Notes: generated by a model not told the origin, from the letters alone. A DNA stretch of 36,135 nt from Chiloscyllium plagiosum (GCF_004010195.1 NC_057718.1:27323477-27359611), one strand, 5' to 3'; shown: positions 11,050 to 24,470, counted from the stretch's first letter. Program-made: numbers and translations.

Positions 11050-12545
11050 GAGATAGTATTAAGTCAGAAAATAGCTTAAAATCATTGGCTCACTTTCTCC
11101 AAAGCAGAGTGCACACGTTTGCTGTGTGCCAAGTACACCCTTGAGATCCAAAGAGATCAACTTTCTCTTTTTTGTAATTCTTGCAGCAACATCTTCCATG
11201 TAACATTTGTCTTTATTCTCTGGCATCCTAGATTTTGAGCAATAAATTTGTTTTGACTGGTAATTTTTTTTCACTGACTATTCAGAAAGTAGCCACCCCC
11301 TTTTTAAGGGCAACATTTGTGCACAATTTCTAGATTTGTGATATTGCAAGACCCACTGGTGACAAGTTTAAATTTTAGTGAGAGATTATTATTATTGTTA
11401 AGTTGGCTGATCCAAGAAAACTGTGCATAGCTAAATGTCTGCATTTCAGTAAGCTGAGGGCATTCTGTGCTCTGATCCTGGTGTTTCAACTCGGGGAATG
11501 GAAAAAGGTTGATAATGAGAAATGGGTCTGTGTGAATTGGGCTTGGGCAGTTTAAAAGTAATTTTTAATTGGTATTGATCTGCCGATAAAATATTTCCTA
11601 AAATAGCATGAATTGGCAGCTTCACCCTCAATGCTCAAAGCTTGGTTTGTGTTCAGATAAATTCAGAAAAGGTGTTAGACTGATAGGTAAAGAGTACACA
11701 CCTGAGACTGACAATGACTCATGCTGTAGGACAGAATGAAATGAGTTTTAGTTTGTATCTGGTCTAGTCCTATACCTTGTGTGGGAGTGTTTAATGCTGA
11801 TGCGAAGTGCCTAAAATGGAACAATTTTTATTTCAGTGTTGACATCACTTACCCAGATCACACAAAAAAAACTTGAAAGCATTGGCAACTACTAAGACTA
11901 CTTTTTTTGTTTTTCCTCTTCAGCAATGAAGCAATGGAAAACTTTCTATAAGTTTCAGGATATAATTGTATACCATAAAAATATGCAGGATTTGAAAAGA
12001 CCATTGCAATCCGTCTGGTCAGTTGAATCTTCAGGAAGTAAATTGCACAATATATCATTTCAACTTGGTCTTTCACAAAATCGTTATTTTTTCAAATTAG
12101 TAGGACAAGATGAAAATGATCAGTTTTAAAAGGTTGTCTTTGTAATTTAGTACATTATATAGTGATCTTTACTATTAATAAACAGTAGACCATTTTAGCT
12201 CCTGTAACTTTTAGAAATTGCAAAATAACTGAGTGTTCCAAACCATTCACTTGATGACTATTATTGACTGACTTTGATTTTTTTGAGAACGTTTTCCATT
12301 AATTCTTTCTCCACAGTGTTCATTTTGTAATCACTCATATAGAACTTATAAATACATCCTGTTTTCTTAAACTGTGCATGTCCAGCACCTAGATTTCTTG
12401 ACTGCCTCTCCAAATAATGATTGCTATCCTCAGCTTGTGTGGCCACCATTACTTTGTCTTCAAACTTAATGTTATTGTGAGAATTTGTTTTGTTATATGA
12501 TGATAAATGGTTGTTAAGGCTAGCATGTCCTGTTCCTTTCACCTA
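11050..12545 (-). mobile_element. Possible highly decayed L1/Tx1-like ORF2 remnant
   Basis: Several minus-strand ORF pieces, ending in TCALCFGESE (CxxC..E, zf-RVT-like), on an A-rich coding strand. Confidence 0.3.
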
Positions 12546-13369
12546 AGGAAATACTTTGTGGTAATAACCTGAGGAATCATTTAGGTTATTTAGTAATTGA
12601 ATGCATGATGTGTGCTTTTTTTTTGTGGCTATGGGATAATCCAGAAGATTGAAGACTCAAGCCTCTCTCCCTGAGGCATTCTGTGTCTTCTATATGAGAA
12701 ATACTTCAAAGAAATTAGTTTGGGCAGTTAGTCATCACCCTCTGAGTGGACATGAACTCTCAGAGCAAAATTGTCCTTGAGTTGTCACAGTCTACCTCAG
12801 AAAGGCCCTAAGCTGGCCTGAAAATGGAAATCATGTCACATTAATGTCGAACAAGACACTTCTGATATTAGTGTTGAAGAATAGGGTGGAATAGAGCAAG
12901 CCGTTTGCTACATGTAACTGGTCCATAACTAAGTTTAATGGTAACGCTGACTGCATGAAATAAAAAGAGCAATTTCATTCCACAGCAATACCATCCTTCA
13001 TCTTCAATAAATAAAAAAAAGTGCTTAGCACAAAATATTGAATGTGTTCTAATGATTAGTTGAGAAGTTGTGCTTCTGGAAATTCTCGCTACTTTTAATG
13101 GTTATGCTAGCAACTTGTAACTTGGTAGAGTTTGAATTTCCTGCCTGATTAAAAAAAAATTGTTATGGAGGCATTAAGCTGGCATGAGTTTCTGTGCCTA
13201 CTATATTAGTCCAGATATGCTGGTCTTCAAGGCATTCACCATTGGTGAAAGATTACAGGTTTAAAATATGACATGGGACGTGCTGTTACTGCTACATAAT
13301 TAAGGCATTGTAGCTTAATCAGTTTCTTTCTTCCTTAAAATTCTGAAGGTAACTGCTGCTTTATTGAAA

Positions 13370-13770
13370 AATGGAAGAGTCTGAGGGGGGACTTCACAGT
13401 GCAGATGTTGAGAAAATGTGTTTCCACTAGTGGGGAAATCTCAAATTAGGGGATCATTACAGAATAAGGGAACACTCATTTAAAACTGCAATGTGAATGA
13501 ATTTCTTCTCTCAGAGGATAATGAATATCTGGAATTCTGTATCCTAGAGAGCTGTGGAGGCTAGATCAAATAAAGGAGAAGTAGATAGATATTGAAAAAT
13601 AGCGGAGTTGAGGTCTTTGGGGAACAAGCATGGATTTAAATAAAATTTTAATCTAACTCTAAAATCTAAAGAGGAATTAGGTCTAAGGCAGATCAGTCGT
13701 GCTCTTATAGAATTGTCAGGAAGGCATGAGGGGCTGAATGGTCTACTCTGCTTCTGTTTCTTATGTTCAT
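13370..13770 (+). mobile_element. Old CR1 3' fragment
   Basis: tttccactagtggggaaatctcaaattagggg, ttcttctctcagagg..tggaattc, and tail gaggggctgaatggtctactc. Confidence 0.75.
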
Positions 13771-14129
13771 GAATTTTCTGCAAGGAGCAAATCAATGAAC
13801 ATTGTCAAATTAATTCATAGGATATGGGTGTTGCCAGCTGGACTGGCATTTGTTGCACATCCCTAGGTGCTGTTGAGAAGTTGGTGATGAGCAGATGACT
13901 TTACCACTTTACCATCTCCATGACAATTATTAGTACAACTTTAGATATTTGTATACTAACAGTAAAGAACATCTTAGATTCAGCATTTTAGTGTGTCCTC
14001 TGTAATGTGCTATTATTAATGTGTTGCATTGCAAATTCCAAATATGGTTTGCAATGAGCAGCATTATGCCGAGAGTGGTTTTATTTTTAAATCATCAGTA
14101 TCCTGTGATTATGACAAATTAATTGATTG

Positions 14130-15290
14130 GGTCAGCATTTATTGCCCATCCTTAATTGCCCTTCAGAAGATGGTGATAAGCTGCCTTCTTGATCCGCTGC
14201 AGTGTATTTTGTGGAGGTACATCCACAATGCCCTTTTGGGGGCGGGGGTGTGGGGAGGGGGATTTTTCCAGGTTTTCGAACAAGTGATACAGAAGGAATG
14301 ACAATATGTTTACAAATCGGGATGGTCAATGGTGTGGGGGTGATCTTGCAGGTGGTGGTCTTCCTATGTATCTGCTGCACTTGTCTTAGGTGGAAGTGGT
14401 TATAACTTTAGAAGATGTTGTCTCAGAACACTTTGATGAATTTCTGCAATGCATCTGGTAGATGGTACACACTGCTGATACTAAGCATTAGTGGTGGGGT
14501 GAATACATGTTTGAGGACATGGTGTCAATCATGCGGGCTGCTATGTCCTTGATGGTGTTGAACTTGTTGAGTGTTGCTGGAAGTGCAAGTGGGGAGTATT
14601 CCATCACACTCTTGATTTGTGCTTTGTAGATGGTGGACAAACTTTGGAGAATCAGGAGATGAGTTAATCGCTGTGGTGTTCCTAGCCTTGATCTCCTTTT
14701 GTAGCCACTGTATTTATATGGCTAATCCGATTCAGTTTCTGGTCAGTGGTAACCCCCATGATACAGTGAGATATTCAGTGATGGCAATACCATTGAATGT
14801 CAAGGGGTGATGGTTAGATTGTGGTCATTGCCTGGTATTTGTGTGGCGCAAATGTTACTTGCTACTTTTCAGCCCTAGCCTGGGTATTCCCCAGGTCTTG
14901 CTGCATTTGGATATGGATGGTTTCAGTATCTGAGCAGTTGCAAATGATGTTGAACATCGTGTAATGATCAAAAAACATCCTCACTTTTGACACTGCGATC
15001 AGGGTTGGTCGTTGATGACACATCTGAAAATGGTTGGGCCTAGGACACTACCCTGAGGAACTCCTGCTGAGATGACTGACCTCCAGTAACCACAACAAAA
15101 ATCCAATGGCCCAGGTGTGGCATGGCTCCAACCAGCAGAGAGTTTTCCCCCTGATTTCTATTAACTCCAGGTTTGCTAGGGTTTCTTGATGCCACTCCAT
15201 GAAATGCAGCCTTGATGTTAAGGGCCGTCACTCTCACATCACCCTTAAAATTCAGCTCTTTTGTCCTTCTGCGAACCAAGAGTATGATGG
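14130..15290 (-). mobile_element. Decayed CR1/L2-group LINE family B (RT to 3' end)
   Basis: Minus strand VTALNIKAAF and GVPQGSVLGP (~15037-15065); 3' end gatgggcaataaatgctg. A short 3'-end copy of the same family lies at ~13810-13895. Confidence 0.85.
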
Positions 15291-15829
15291 CTTAGCCAAG
15301 GCTTCTCACCTAGATCCCAATTAAATCCGTAGTTGGAGTGTGAGCAATTTCCTTGTCCCACAACCAAGTGAGGCTCTCACATATGCAACTAATACCCATT
15401 TACATGCCTCCTCCTACCAGCTATGGGCAGGAGACTCACACATGCAGGAAACATTAAAAGCTGTTAGGCTAGGTGGCTGCAGGATTTGTGTGCAGTGGTG
15501 TATGTCATTCAAAGTGCCTTATCAAGAGACATGGCTTCAGTAAGTGGAAAGGTCCACTGAGAACTGATCTCCTTTCCTTGCTGTTCTGACCCCTATCCCT
15601 GTGAATCTCACTCTGTATTCCCAATGTGCCATCACACTCTCGTGCCTGGCTTCATTGGCAGATGTTCAGTGGGTGTAGCATCGGCAGCCGTCACTAATTC
15701 CCGTAGCCCTGCCAAGCAATGAAATCCTGCCAGCTTTCTGACCAGCAGTTCTCAGCAGGTGGGATTGCCATCCTTGTGCTTCTTGATCTCTAGGAAGACC
15801 CTTGTCTCGTTAACACTAAATGTGACAGG

Positions 15830-15985
15830 CCTTCCATCCCTAACAGCAATGTGAATGTACATAGGTAGATTAATAACTGCAGCAGTTCAAGAAGTCAGCT
15901 CACCACCACCTCCTGCAGGGCAATGACAGATGGGCAATAAATGTTGTCTCTGTCCTCAATGCCCACGTGCCATGAATAAATTTAT
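15830..15985 (+). mobile_element. Family B LINE 3' end
   Basis: ctgcagcagttcaagaagtcagctcaccaccacctcc...gatgggcaataaatg. Confidence 0.75.
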
Positions 15986-16564
15986 AAAAGAGGTGGCATG
16001 GGCCTCCAACTGGCAGGTCAAACTCCTGTTCCCTCTATTAAATACTGACCTGTGTCATTTAGTTCCAGAAAGGAGGAGTGAAAGAGCCAAGCAAAATGCA
16101 ATTGGAGCTTTATGTATGATACTTTTCTGAGTATGTAATGACATTTTTTTAGGCTGTTTGGGATTGTAGTGAGCAACTCCTCCCCCCACCCCACAATGCC
16201 CATCCTACCCCAAACCACCAGATTGGTCAACACAGTTAAAATCCACAAAGTGAATGTTGAGAATGCACAACTTTGAATTAATAATCTTTAAGATATTAAA
16301 TTGTCTTGCAGCAACAACTTTTATTTATTTTACCCTAATTTTCAAACTCTATGTTTTAAAGTCCTCCATGACCGTACCTCTCCCTATTGCTCTAGGCTTA
16401 ACCTTCAGAGCTATCTACACTCCTCCAGTTCTGATCCCTTGACGATTACTATGTTATATTGCTTCTCCTCATTGGCAGTCATGCCTTCACTTTATTTGAA
16501 TACCAAAACGCTATAATTCCCTTTTTAACTCTCACTCCTTTTCCAATTGCTTGTTATTCAGCTA

Positions 16565-16880
16565 TGACACAGTGGGTAATGGTCCTTACTTTAAATCAGA
16601 AACTTGTGGGTGTAGAGGCACTCCATTGACTTGAGTACAAAGATCTAGGTTGACACTCCTAGTAGCTCTGAAGGTGTGCTTGCTATCAAAGATATTAAAC
16701 ATTGGCCCTGTTTGTTCTCTTGGATAGACATAAAATTTGCGAAGGCATTATTTCTAAAATGAGTAGGGAAGTTTCCCCAGTGTTCTGGCTAATATTTCTC
16801 ATTCAGTGAACATCACAAAAACAGTTTGATCATTATCACATTGTTATTTGCTGAAATTTGTTTTGCACAAATTGGCTGCC
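16565..16880 (+). mobile_element. Deu-domain SINE (SacSINE1/AmnSINE1-like), decayed
   Basis: gggaagtttccccagtgttctggctaatattt...atcattatcacattgttatttg...gcacaaattggctgcc resembles the Deu core as I recall it, with a tRNA-like head upstream. Confidence 0.65.
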
Positions 16881-17239
16881 AAGATATAGGATAAAGCATA
16901 CAAGAAGTACTGGGTGTTTGTGATAAAGGGATGTTAATGATCATGGATGATTTTAACCTACATATAAAGTAGAATATTCAGATTGGCAATTGTAGCCAAA
17001 AATGGAATAGAATGCACAGAATACCTTTGACATTGGTTTTAGAGTAGTGTGTTCTGGAACCAAACAGAGAGCAGGTTATTTGAGTATTGTGTAATGTTTG
17101 TGAATTGTAACAGGATTAATTAATTACCTCAGAGTAAAGCCACCCCCAAATAACAATGACCACAATATGATTCAAAACTGAGTTGGAAACCACTTTTTCC
17201 AACTTAAGTAAGGGGACTGCGTGGATGTAAAAGCTGATC

Positions 17240-17590
17240 CAGCAGAGATGAATTTACATACACATTCGCGCAGTAGCAGCAGTGTACACCATCTGCACTA
17301 GAGCAGAAGTTCATCATAGCTCCATTGGTGCGCCTTCCAAGCCTACAATCACTGCCATGGAGAAGGACAAGGGCACCATCACCAAGTTCCCCTTCAAGCC
17401 ACTCACCATCCTGACTTTGAAATATATCCATCAATATCACTAGGACAAAATGCTGGAAACTCCTTTCCTAACAATACTGTGGGTGTAATTACACCAAATG
17501 GACTGCAATGCTTCAAGAAGGCAGCTCAGTACCATCTTCTCAAGAGCAACTAGTGATGGGCAATAAATGTTGACCCAGCCAGCAAAGAAC
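17240..17590 (+). mobile_element. Family B LINE 3' fragment nested in CR1
   Basis: gtagcagcagtgtacaccatc...ttcaagaaggcagctcagtaccatcttctcaag...gatgggcaataaatg. Confidence 0.8.
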
Positions 17591-18591
17591 AAGTGAAAAA
17601 TAAGAGGTAAATCAACTGATACATTGGTAGACGTTTAAGAGAATATTTCAGAATGCTCACAATACGTATATTCATACTATATTAAAAAATTCTAAAAGGG
17701 AGGACCACTATCCATTGTAATTTTTTTAAAAAAAAGAAAACATTTAACATAAGGAAAAAACATATGACTGCATAAAGATGAGTGACAGGTCAAACGATTA
17801 GTCAGAATGTATAAAACAGTAAAGACTGACTAAAAGATTAATCAGTAGGAAGAAATTAAAGTATGAGAGGAAGCAGAAATTTATACAGTCAACTAGATGT
17901 TCTATAGTTTTTAAAAAAGAAAAAGTGTGTTAATTCACTGGAGTGTGAGAATTTGTTGTTAATGGTGGGCAATAAGGAAACAATGGAAAAAAATGAACAA
18001 ATACTTTGTTCTTGTCTTCACCATAGAGAATATTAAAAACATTCCAATAACAGCTGTAATTTAGGAGTTGGAAGGGAGCGAAACTCAATGAAATTAGAAT
18101 CACTAGGGACATGGTACAAAACAAACTGGTGGAACTATTGGCTAGCAAGTCAGATGGTCCAGATGTGCTTCATCCTCGGGACTTAAATGAGACAGTTAAT
18201 GAGGTAATAGAAGCATTTATTTTCCAAAAATCCCTAGTTAAATGGAAAAATTCCATCACACTACACAGTAACAAGTATCAGCACTCCCTCTATTTAAGAA
18301 GGGAGGTTAGCAGAAAACAAGAAATTATAGGCCAGTTAACTTGACATATGTTGGGGGGCAAAGTGTTAAAATTGAACATTAAAGAAGTTACAGTTGGGCA
18401 CTCAAAAAGGCTCAAGGTTATCAGGAAGAGTAAGCATGGTTTTATGAAAGGAAAATCATGTTTATCCAATTTATTAGAATTCTTTAAAGCAGTATCATGT
18501 GCTTGAATAAAGGCAAGCCTTTAAACATACTGTACTTAGATTTCTAGAAGCCTTTTTTTGAGGTGCTACATCAAAGGTTTTTGCACTGTCA

Positions 18592-19038
18592 TCTGTTCCC
18601 AAGGATCCACACCAAGCCAAACATCAACTACGCTTGGAAGGCATCAATTTGGTGAAAACGCTCTTTGGTCTCCCCAAAACCTGTTGGTCTTCTAGTGCAA
18701 AAGGGTTGACCTCGACTGAGTGTTGCCAACTGGCAAGATCCAGGACTATGTGCTGAGAGATGCATTAAAACAGCAGCCGCCAAGTCACAGTAGAGAAAGA
18801 CCACTGTCTACGGTCAAAATATAATGAAGATCCATTCAGTCATCAGAACCTCCCTAAATATATGTAAATAGTGACATGTGTGAGTAGGAAATGCATTTGG
18901 TTTTTACAACTGCAGAAAATGTCAAATTCCAATGTTTGTTTTTCTCTTAATCTGCAAAGACTGTGCAGAACTGCCTTAGTACCTGTGTATATACATTAAA
19001 AAATGTTTATGAATAAAGTATATTTTTGCAATAAAAAA
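18592..19038 (+). mobile_element. Tx1/L1-clade 3' fragment
   Basis: LFPRIHTKPNINYAWK..., KIQDYVLRDALK..AAAK. It ends aataaagtatatttttgcaataaaaaa (polyA signal and A tail). Confidence 0.7.
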
Positions 19039-19044
19039 TATCAG

Positions 19045-19170
19045 TGGGGAGAAAACAGCATTAATAACAGAACTCGAAGAGTCACTGGACTCAAAACATT
19101 AATCCTGTTTTCTCATCACAGATGCTGCCAGACCTGTTGAATTTCTCCGGCAGTTTCTGTTTTTGTTTTG
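19045..19170 (+). mobile_element. Old Penelope-pLTR remnant
   Basis: gaagagtcactggactcaaaacattaatcctgttttctc..cacagatgctgccagacctgttga, with a short inverted left arm gagaaaacagcattaat. Confidence 0.55.
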
Positions 19171-19299
19171 CAAGTTAAGCATTCTTACTTCTTCATTTTA
19201 TTTTAGAGGAATTGAATGCTACTTAAGTTGGGAAAGACTGCCAAATGAAGCAGCAGAAAACAATTTTAGGGTCCATGTGCATAAATCACAAAAAGCTAC

Positions 19300-19521
19300 T
19301 ACCATTGGTTTTGATATAACGGGTAACTCCATTCTCGTGCAATCTCACGTCATAGGAAAATTTGTGCAATGGCCACGCCATTTAAATTAATGGAGGCAGA
19401 ATCACGTTATAACCAGTACAGGTAAGGAAAGTTTGCATTCTACAAATAACCGTCTAAATTTTTCAATCGCGTTAAAGCCAATTTGTGTTGAAGAAACAAG
19501 CATTATAGCAGAACTGACTGC
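19300..19521. mobile_element. MITE-like DNA transposon (Tc1/mariner-pogo type), tentative
   Basis: Imperfect TIRs cattggttttgatataac / attatagcagaactgactg. It interrupts the CR1 sequence. Confidence 0.45.
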
Positions 19522-20020
19522 ATAAAGTTTAGCATGTGAAAACAAATGGAATGGAGTAAGAAAATAGGCATGTCTTACTGGAACTATATGAACCGTGGTC
19601 TGATTAAGTGGCAGAGCAGACTAACTCGATGGATTGAATGACCTAGTTCTGCTCCTATATCTTATTTTTTATCATCCACAGGTCTACCTAATCCTTCAGA
19701 ACCTGTGGGTCCCTATGTATTTGACCTGTATTGGCAGCCATCTTACTATCATAGGGAAATTTGATGGGTTTGCCTTTGGTAACTACATTTATTGTTATTG
19801 GAAATCAGAAATGGTAGGAGCACCACCACAAACATAGGGCAGTCTACTAAGTCTTCCCTCCCTAACAGATAACTATTGCTTTGAAATAACATGCTCATCC
19901 TTATTAAAATACTTTGCACATTGTACCATTTAATTGAAGCAACTATTATTTTGAAACAGCAAAAAATTGTTCAATTATTTGTTTGATCAACTGACATTCA
20001 TGTTTTCTTTTTATCTCCAG

Positions 20021-20092
20021 GAGGTTTACTCACCTGCCACTGAAAACGATCCAAAGTTATTCTTTTGAAGGCCTTAGCAATATCATAAGAAT
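20021..20092 (+). CDS. lhcgr: Internal 72-bp coding exon of a glycoprotein-hormone receptor (LRR ectodomain), most likely luteinizing hormone/choriogonadotropin receptor exon 2
   Basis: Branch-like ctgac (19991), pyrimidine tract ending ccag at 20020, and donor gtaagt at 20093. Length is 72 bp, phase 2/2. It translates xRFTHLPLKTIQSYSFEGLSNIIR(I), an LRR unit. LP at positions 5-6 agrees with LHCGR (YLPVKVIP, recalled) rather than TSHR (ETHLRTIP) or FSHR (LTKLRVIQ). Confidence 0.72.
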
Positions 20093-20224
20093 GTAAGTTT
20101 AGTAAATGTTGAATTGGTAATTTTGAAAGTGTTTTAAATAATGACAATTCAATCAGACCAAAATACTTGCATTTTATAAATATCTAAATTTCATAAGGGA
20201 AAAATTATTTCATGGAATTAAATA

Positions 20225-20672
20225 TTATCAGGATGTTGCCTGGTTACAGGGAGAGGCTGGATAAATCTGGATTGTTTACAATGGAAATATGAAGGCTGAG
20301 GGACAACCTGACAGAGGTCTGCAAAATTAAGAGAGGCATCGATAGGGCGGATAATCAGAGACTTTTTCCCAGCTTGGAAAGGTCAACTACAAGAGTGCAC
20401 AGGATCAAGGTGAGAGGGGAAAGGTTTAGGGGATAAGTGCAGGGAACATTTTTCGCACAGAAGGTCATGGGTGCATGGAATGCAATGTCAGTGGAGATGG
20501 TGGAAGCAGGCACATTAGCAAAGTTTAAGGTGTATCTTGATAAACATGTGAACAGGAGATGAACAGAGGGATAGAAACAGCATATGGACAATTAGTAGTG
20601 GTTAGATAAAGGTATAGGAATTGTACAGGCTTGGTGGGCTGAAGGGCCTGTTGCTATGCTGTATTGTATTAT
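20225..20672 (+). mobile_element. CR1 3' fragment
   Basis: aggatgttgcctgg..tacagggagaggctgg..aggctgagggacaacctgacagaggtc..tgggctgaagggcctgt, with an (attgt)n tail. Confidence 0.85.
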
Positions 20673-21054
20673 ATTGGATATTTGATTTCACTCTTATCTA
20701 TCAAGTCTTAGCTAGAATATTTCCAACAAAGGCCTCCTACCTACCATGTACCATAACTTCAGGGTTTTTATTTTTGTCCCTTCCCTTCTTCGTCTACATA
20801 TTTTGTCTCAGTGACATAATCTGATGATTGCTCCAGCATCCATGTATGATGCTGACAACTAGCTTTATTTTCCATTACTTCTCCAACCTTTGTATCTGAC
20901 TGATATCCAGTTCTGCATAATTACCCTTTTTTGCTACATATCCTCACCACTCATTCCATTTTGCTCTGCTGGTGCTCTCTTAGGTTAAAACAGATTGTTC
21001 GCAACTAGGATTCATCATTTAACACAAAACTGAACTTCCAACTTCATATCTTTT

Positions 21055-22975
21055 TTATTAATTTGTGGAGTATGGGCATATTCTAGCATTCATAAGATAG
21101 CATTTATAATCCATGCCTAATAACCCTTGAGAAAGTGGTACTGAGCTGCCTTCTCAAACTACTGATTACCTTGGGGTGTAGGCACACCCATTGTGTTGTT
21201 AGAGAGGGAGTTCAAGGATTTTGACTCAACATAAGTGAAGGAAGGGTGATATAGTTCCAAGTCAGGGCAGTTGAGGCTTGGAAGAGAACTTTCAGCAGGT
21301 GCTGTTTTGTGTATTTGCTGCTATTGTTATTGTAAGTGATAGAGTTTGCAGATTTGAAGCTGCAGTCGGAGGAGCCTTGGTGGTTTACTGCAGTGCATCT
21401 TGTACACGGCACACATTGCTGCCACTGTGCAGAGGTGGTGAAGGGAATGAAAGAGGTGGATAGCGTGCAAATCAAGTGGATTGCTTTGCTTTGGATTATG
21501 TTGAATCTCTCAAGTATTGTTGAAATGGCAACCACCACACAAATGGAAGGTACTCCAAAACACTTCTGACTTGCCCCTTGCAGATGTTAGATGGATATTG
21601 AGGAGGCAGGAAGTAAGTTAGGCTACACTGAGTTGTAAGCCAAAAATCTACATTTTTAGCCATAGTATTTATATGCTGGTCCAGTTCAGTTTCGGGTCAA
21701 TGTTAATTCCCAAAATGTTGTCAATGGTAAATATAGCAATGGTAATGCTGTTGAACATCAGGGTGAAGATTATATTCTCTCTTCCTGGAGATGGTCATTT
21801 TCTGACACTTATGTGGTGTGAATCTTAAAAGTTACAGCCTAAATCAGGATATTGTCCAGGCTTTGCTGCACATGAACATGAGGTGCTTCAGTATATGAGA
21901 ATTCGCAATGTTGTCGAACATTTTGCAATCATCAGACATTATCCCCACATATGCCTTTTTATGATGGAAAGAAGCAGTAGAACTTAGTTTGGCCGAGGAC
22001 ACACATCTGAGGATTAATGACCAATAACTGTAGCCATCTTCCATTGTACTACGCAATGTCTCGTATCAACAGAGTTTGCTGACGATTCTCATTGACACAG
22101 TTTTGCTAGGGTGTTTTGACATTGCACTCAGTCAAATGCTGCATTGATGTGAAGGGCAGTAGCTCTCATCTTGCCTTCGGAGTTCAATTTATTTGTCTGT
22201 GTTTGGCCCAAAAGCTGTGAAGGAGAAAGTGAGGACTGGAGATCAGAGCTGAAAATGTGTTGCTGCAAAAGCACAGCAGGTCAGGCAGCATCCAGGGAGC
22301 AGGAGAATCGACGTTTCGGGCATGTTTCGGGATGCCCGAAACGTCGATTCTCCTGTTCCCTGGAAACTGCCTGAGCTGCTGTGCTTTTCCACCAACACCT
22401 TTTCAGCCCAAAAGCTGTGAAGTTGGGGCAGAGTGGCCCTGCTTGATTGTTATTGAGCACGTTATTGCTGAGCAAGTGCCACTTGATGACACCTTCCAAC
22501 ACCTTGTTGATGATCGAGAGGAGACTGATAGGGTAGTCATTGGCCTGGTTGGATATGTCCTACTTTTTCTGTAGGAAATCTTCCACATTACTGGGTAGGT
22601 GCCATTATTATAGCTGTACTGAAATATCTTGGCTAGATTTGTGATTGATTATTGCCAAAATTATGTCAGGGCCCATAGTTTTTGTTGTATCCTTTCATGC
22701 CAGCCATTTCTTCAAATCTTATAGAATGTTTCAAATAACCTGATGCCTGGCCTCTGTGTTACTTTGGTCCTTATAGGAAGTTGAGATTGTTTGTTCATTT
22801 GGCACTTCTACGTGAAGATTATCCCAAATGCTTCGGCTTTTCCTTTTTCACTAATGTGCTGGGCTCCCCCATCACTGAGAATGGAAATACTTATGGAGTT
22901 TCCTCTTCTTCCTTGTTGTTTAATTATTGACCACTATTCATGGCAGTACTGTAGAGTTTGGATTTATTTGCTCCG
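21055..22975 (-). mobile_element. Decayed family B LINE, split by a pLTR palindrome
   Basis: 3' end at ~21060-21160. Minus-strand MSDDCKMF (FADD-like) and a YRPISL-like region at 22500-22550. Confidence 0.8.
22223..22405 (-). mobile_element. Short palindromic Penelope-pLTR insertion
   Basis: Inverted arms of ~75 bp, a shortened tail on the left, and a 17-bp TSD gcccaaaagctgtgaag at 22206-22222 and 22406-22422. Confidence 0.9.
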
Positions 22976-24470
22976 ATGCTTAAGCCCTCTTCCACAAATA
23001 TTAACATACCATTTGCATCACAAATCGTTGTGACTCCTATAATAAGTGGTGTGACAATTGGTAAATTTACATCCAGGATTGAGATACATGTTGCAGACCA
23101 TTACTTTCTGATTGAAATGTTCCAGCTTTGAGCTGATGCAATGGAAATACAGTAGCTGTGACCTTACCAGTCTAGGCAAAGTGGTTTTAGAGTGATAGCT
23201 TTTTAAATACAGAATTGTGTATCTGTTGTTTTAAAAGATAACTATTGGTAGTAACTTATGCCTGCCGTCTTGCGCCCATTTAAATACTGTGATGCCCAGG
23301 AGATTAATGCTTTCCTTGTGTATTGTGGCTGTAAGTTCAATGAACTGTTGATAATGAATGAGGATCCTTCTAATTCTGCTTCTTCATGAATGCAAGCGCA
23401 CCTTATGTCAACACAAATATTACTATATTACTATAAAAAATTATATATGACCATAACAAACTATAATAAATTAGCTATTAAGAAGGACAAGTTTCTGAAA
23501 ACTGAAACATGGCCTTTGAAAATCTGAAGAGCACATTCGAGAAAGAAATTAGCTTGACCTCTGGATCAGAAATATGAATTTCAGTAATGCATCCTCCTTG
23601 GGGTGTAGGATGATTAGGAGATGGAGCAGCGGTAACACACAAGAAGGTAAGCAGTTCATAGAAGGATGAGAGATTAGAAAAGACTCTCAGTCGGATTTCT
23701 TTGAGGAGAATTTCTCTTATCTCACGTAAACCTTGAGCAGTGCGTGCATTGTCAATGTTTTACATGAAAAGCTCACACAACACTGTCACTCTTGCAGCCA
23801 GATTTGCAATTGCAGCAGGGCAAGGACAGTGCATTCAGTGGACATGATGATGACCATGGCCATGAATTGCTTCACATGATTGCTGTTATAGCAGGAAAAT
23901 ATATTATCTCCAGTATCTCCCAGTTTGCTATCCACTGCTCCACAAGGGAGTGACAGATGTCCTATATCCAAGGAGAGGGGAGTTCTAGGTTTTCTCTGAT
24001 CAAAGGGAAGCATGTGGAGCTTGCATGTGGCTTTGTCAGGAGTGTCAGCTTCCTCATGGTACAAGTTGCCATCAACTGCATGCTGCAGAAACCAACCACG
24101 GATACAACTTGTTGAGTGTAGAGTTGGTATGTGTCGAGTCACAGTACATCAGTTCGGTGAATACCTGCTAGCCTGGAGCAGTCATGGTGCTTCTTTTTCT
24201 ACATCAGCCCACTGTTCTGTGAGTATTTGAGGCGCCATGTAAAATCAAACAGTGGCTGCTGTACAGCCAGGATAATTCACTTAAAGACTGGCCAATTACT
24301 CTGCTTCATAATTCAACTACATGGCCAGAATGTGTGCATTGTCAGCCATGCTGTCAGAGGTAACATCGCAGAGCAGCTTACTTGGGTACTCAATAGCTTG
24401 CAATCTGCACGACTCTAGCAGAGCCTTCTGTCTGCAGGATCCTCACAACTTGGTCACATAAGGACACAGC

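Larger units (their letters stand above)
16890..19665 (+). mobile_element. Old CR1 (endonuclease-RT-3' end) with nested insertions
   Basis: IMDDFNL (GDFN motif), GPDVLHPR, NYRPVNLT, HGFMKGKSCLSNLLEFF, YLDF.K, and a 3' tail ggattgaatgacctagttctgctcctat. Confidence 0.75.
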
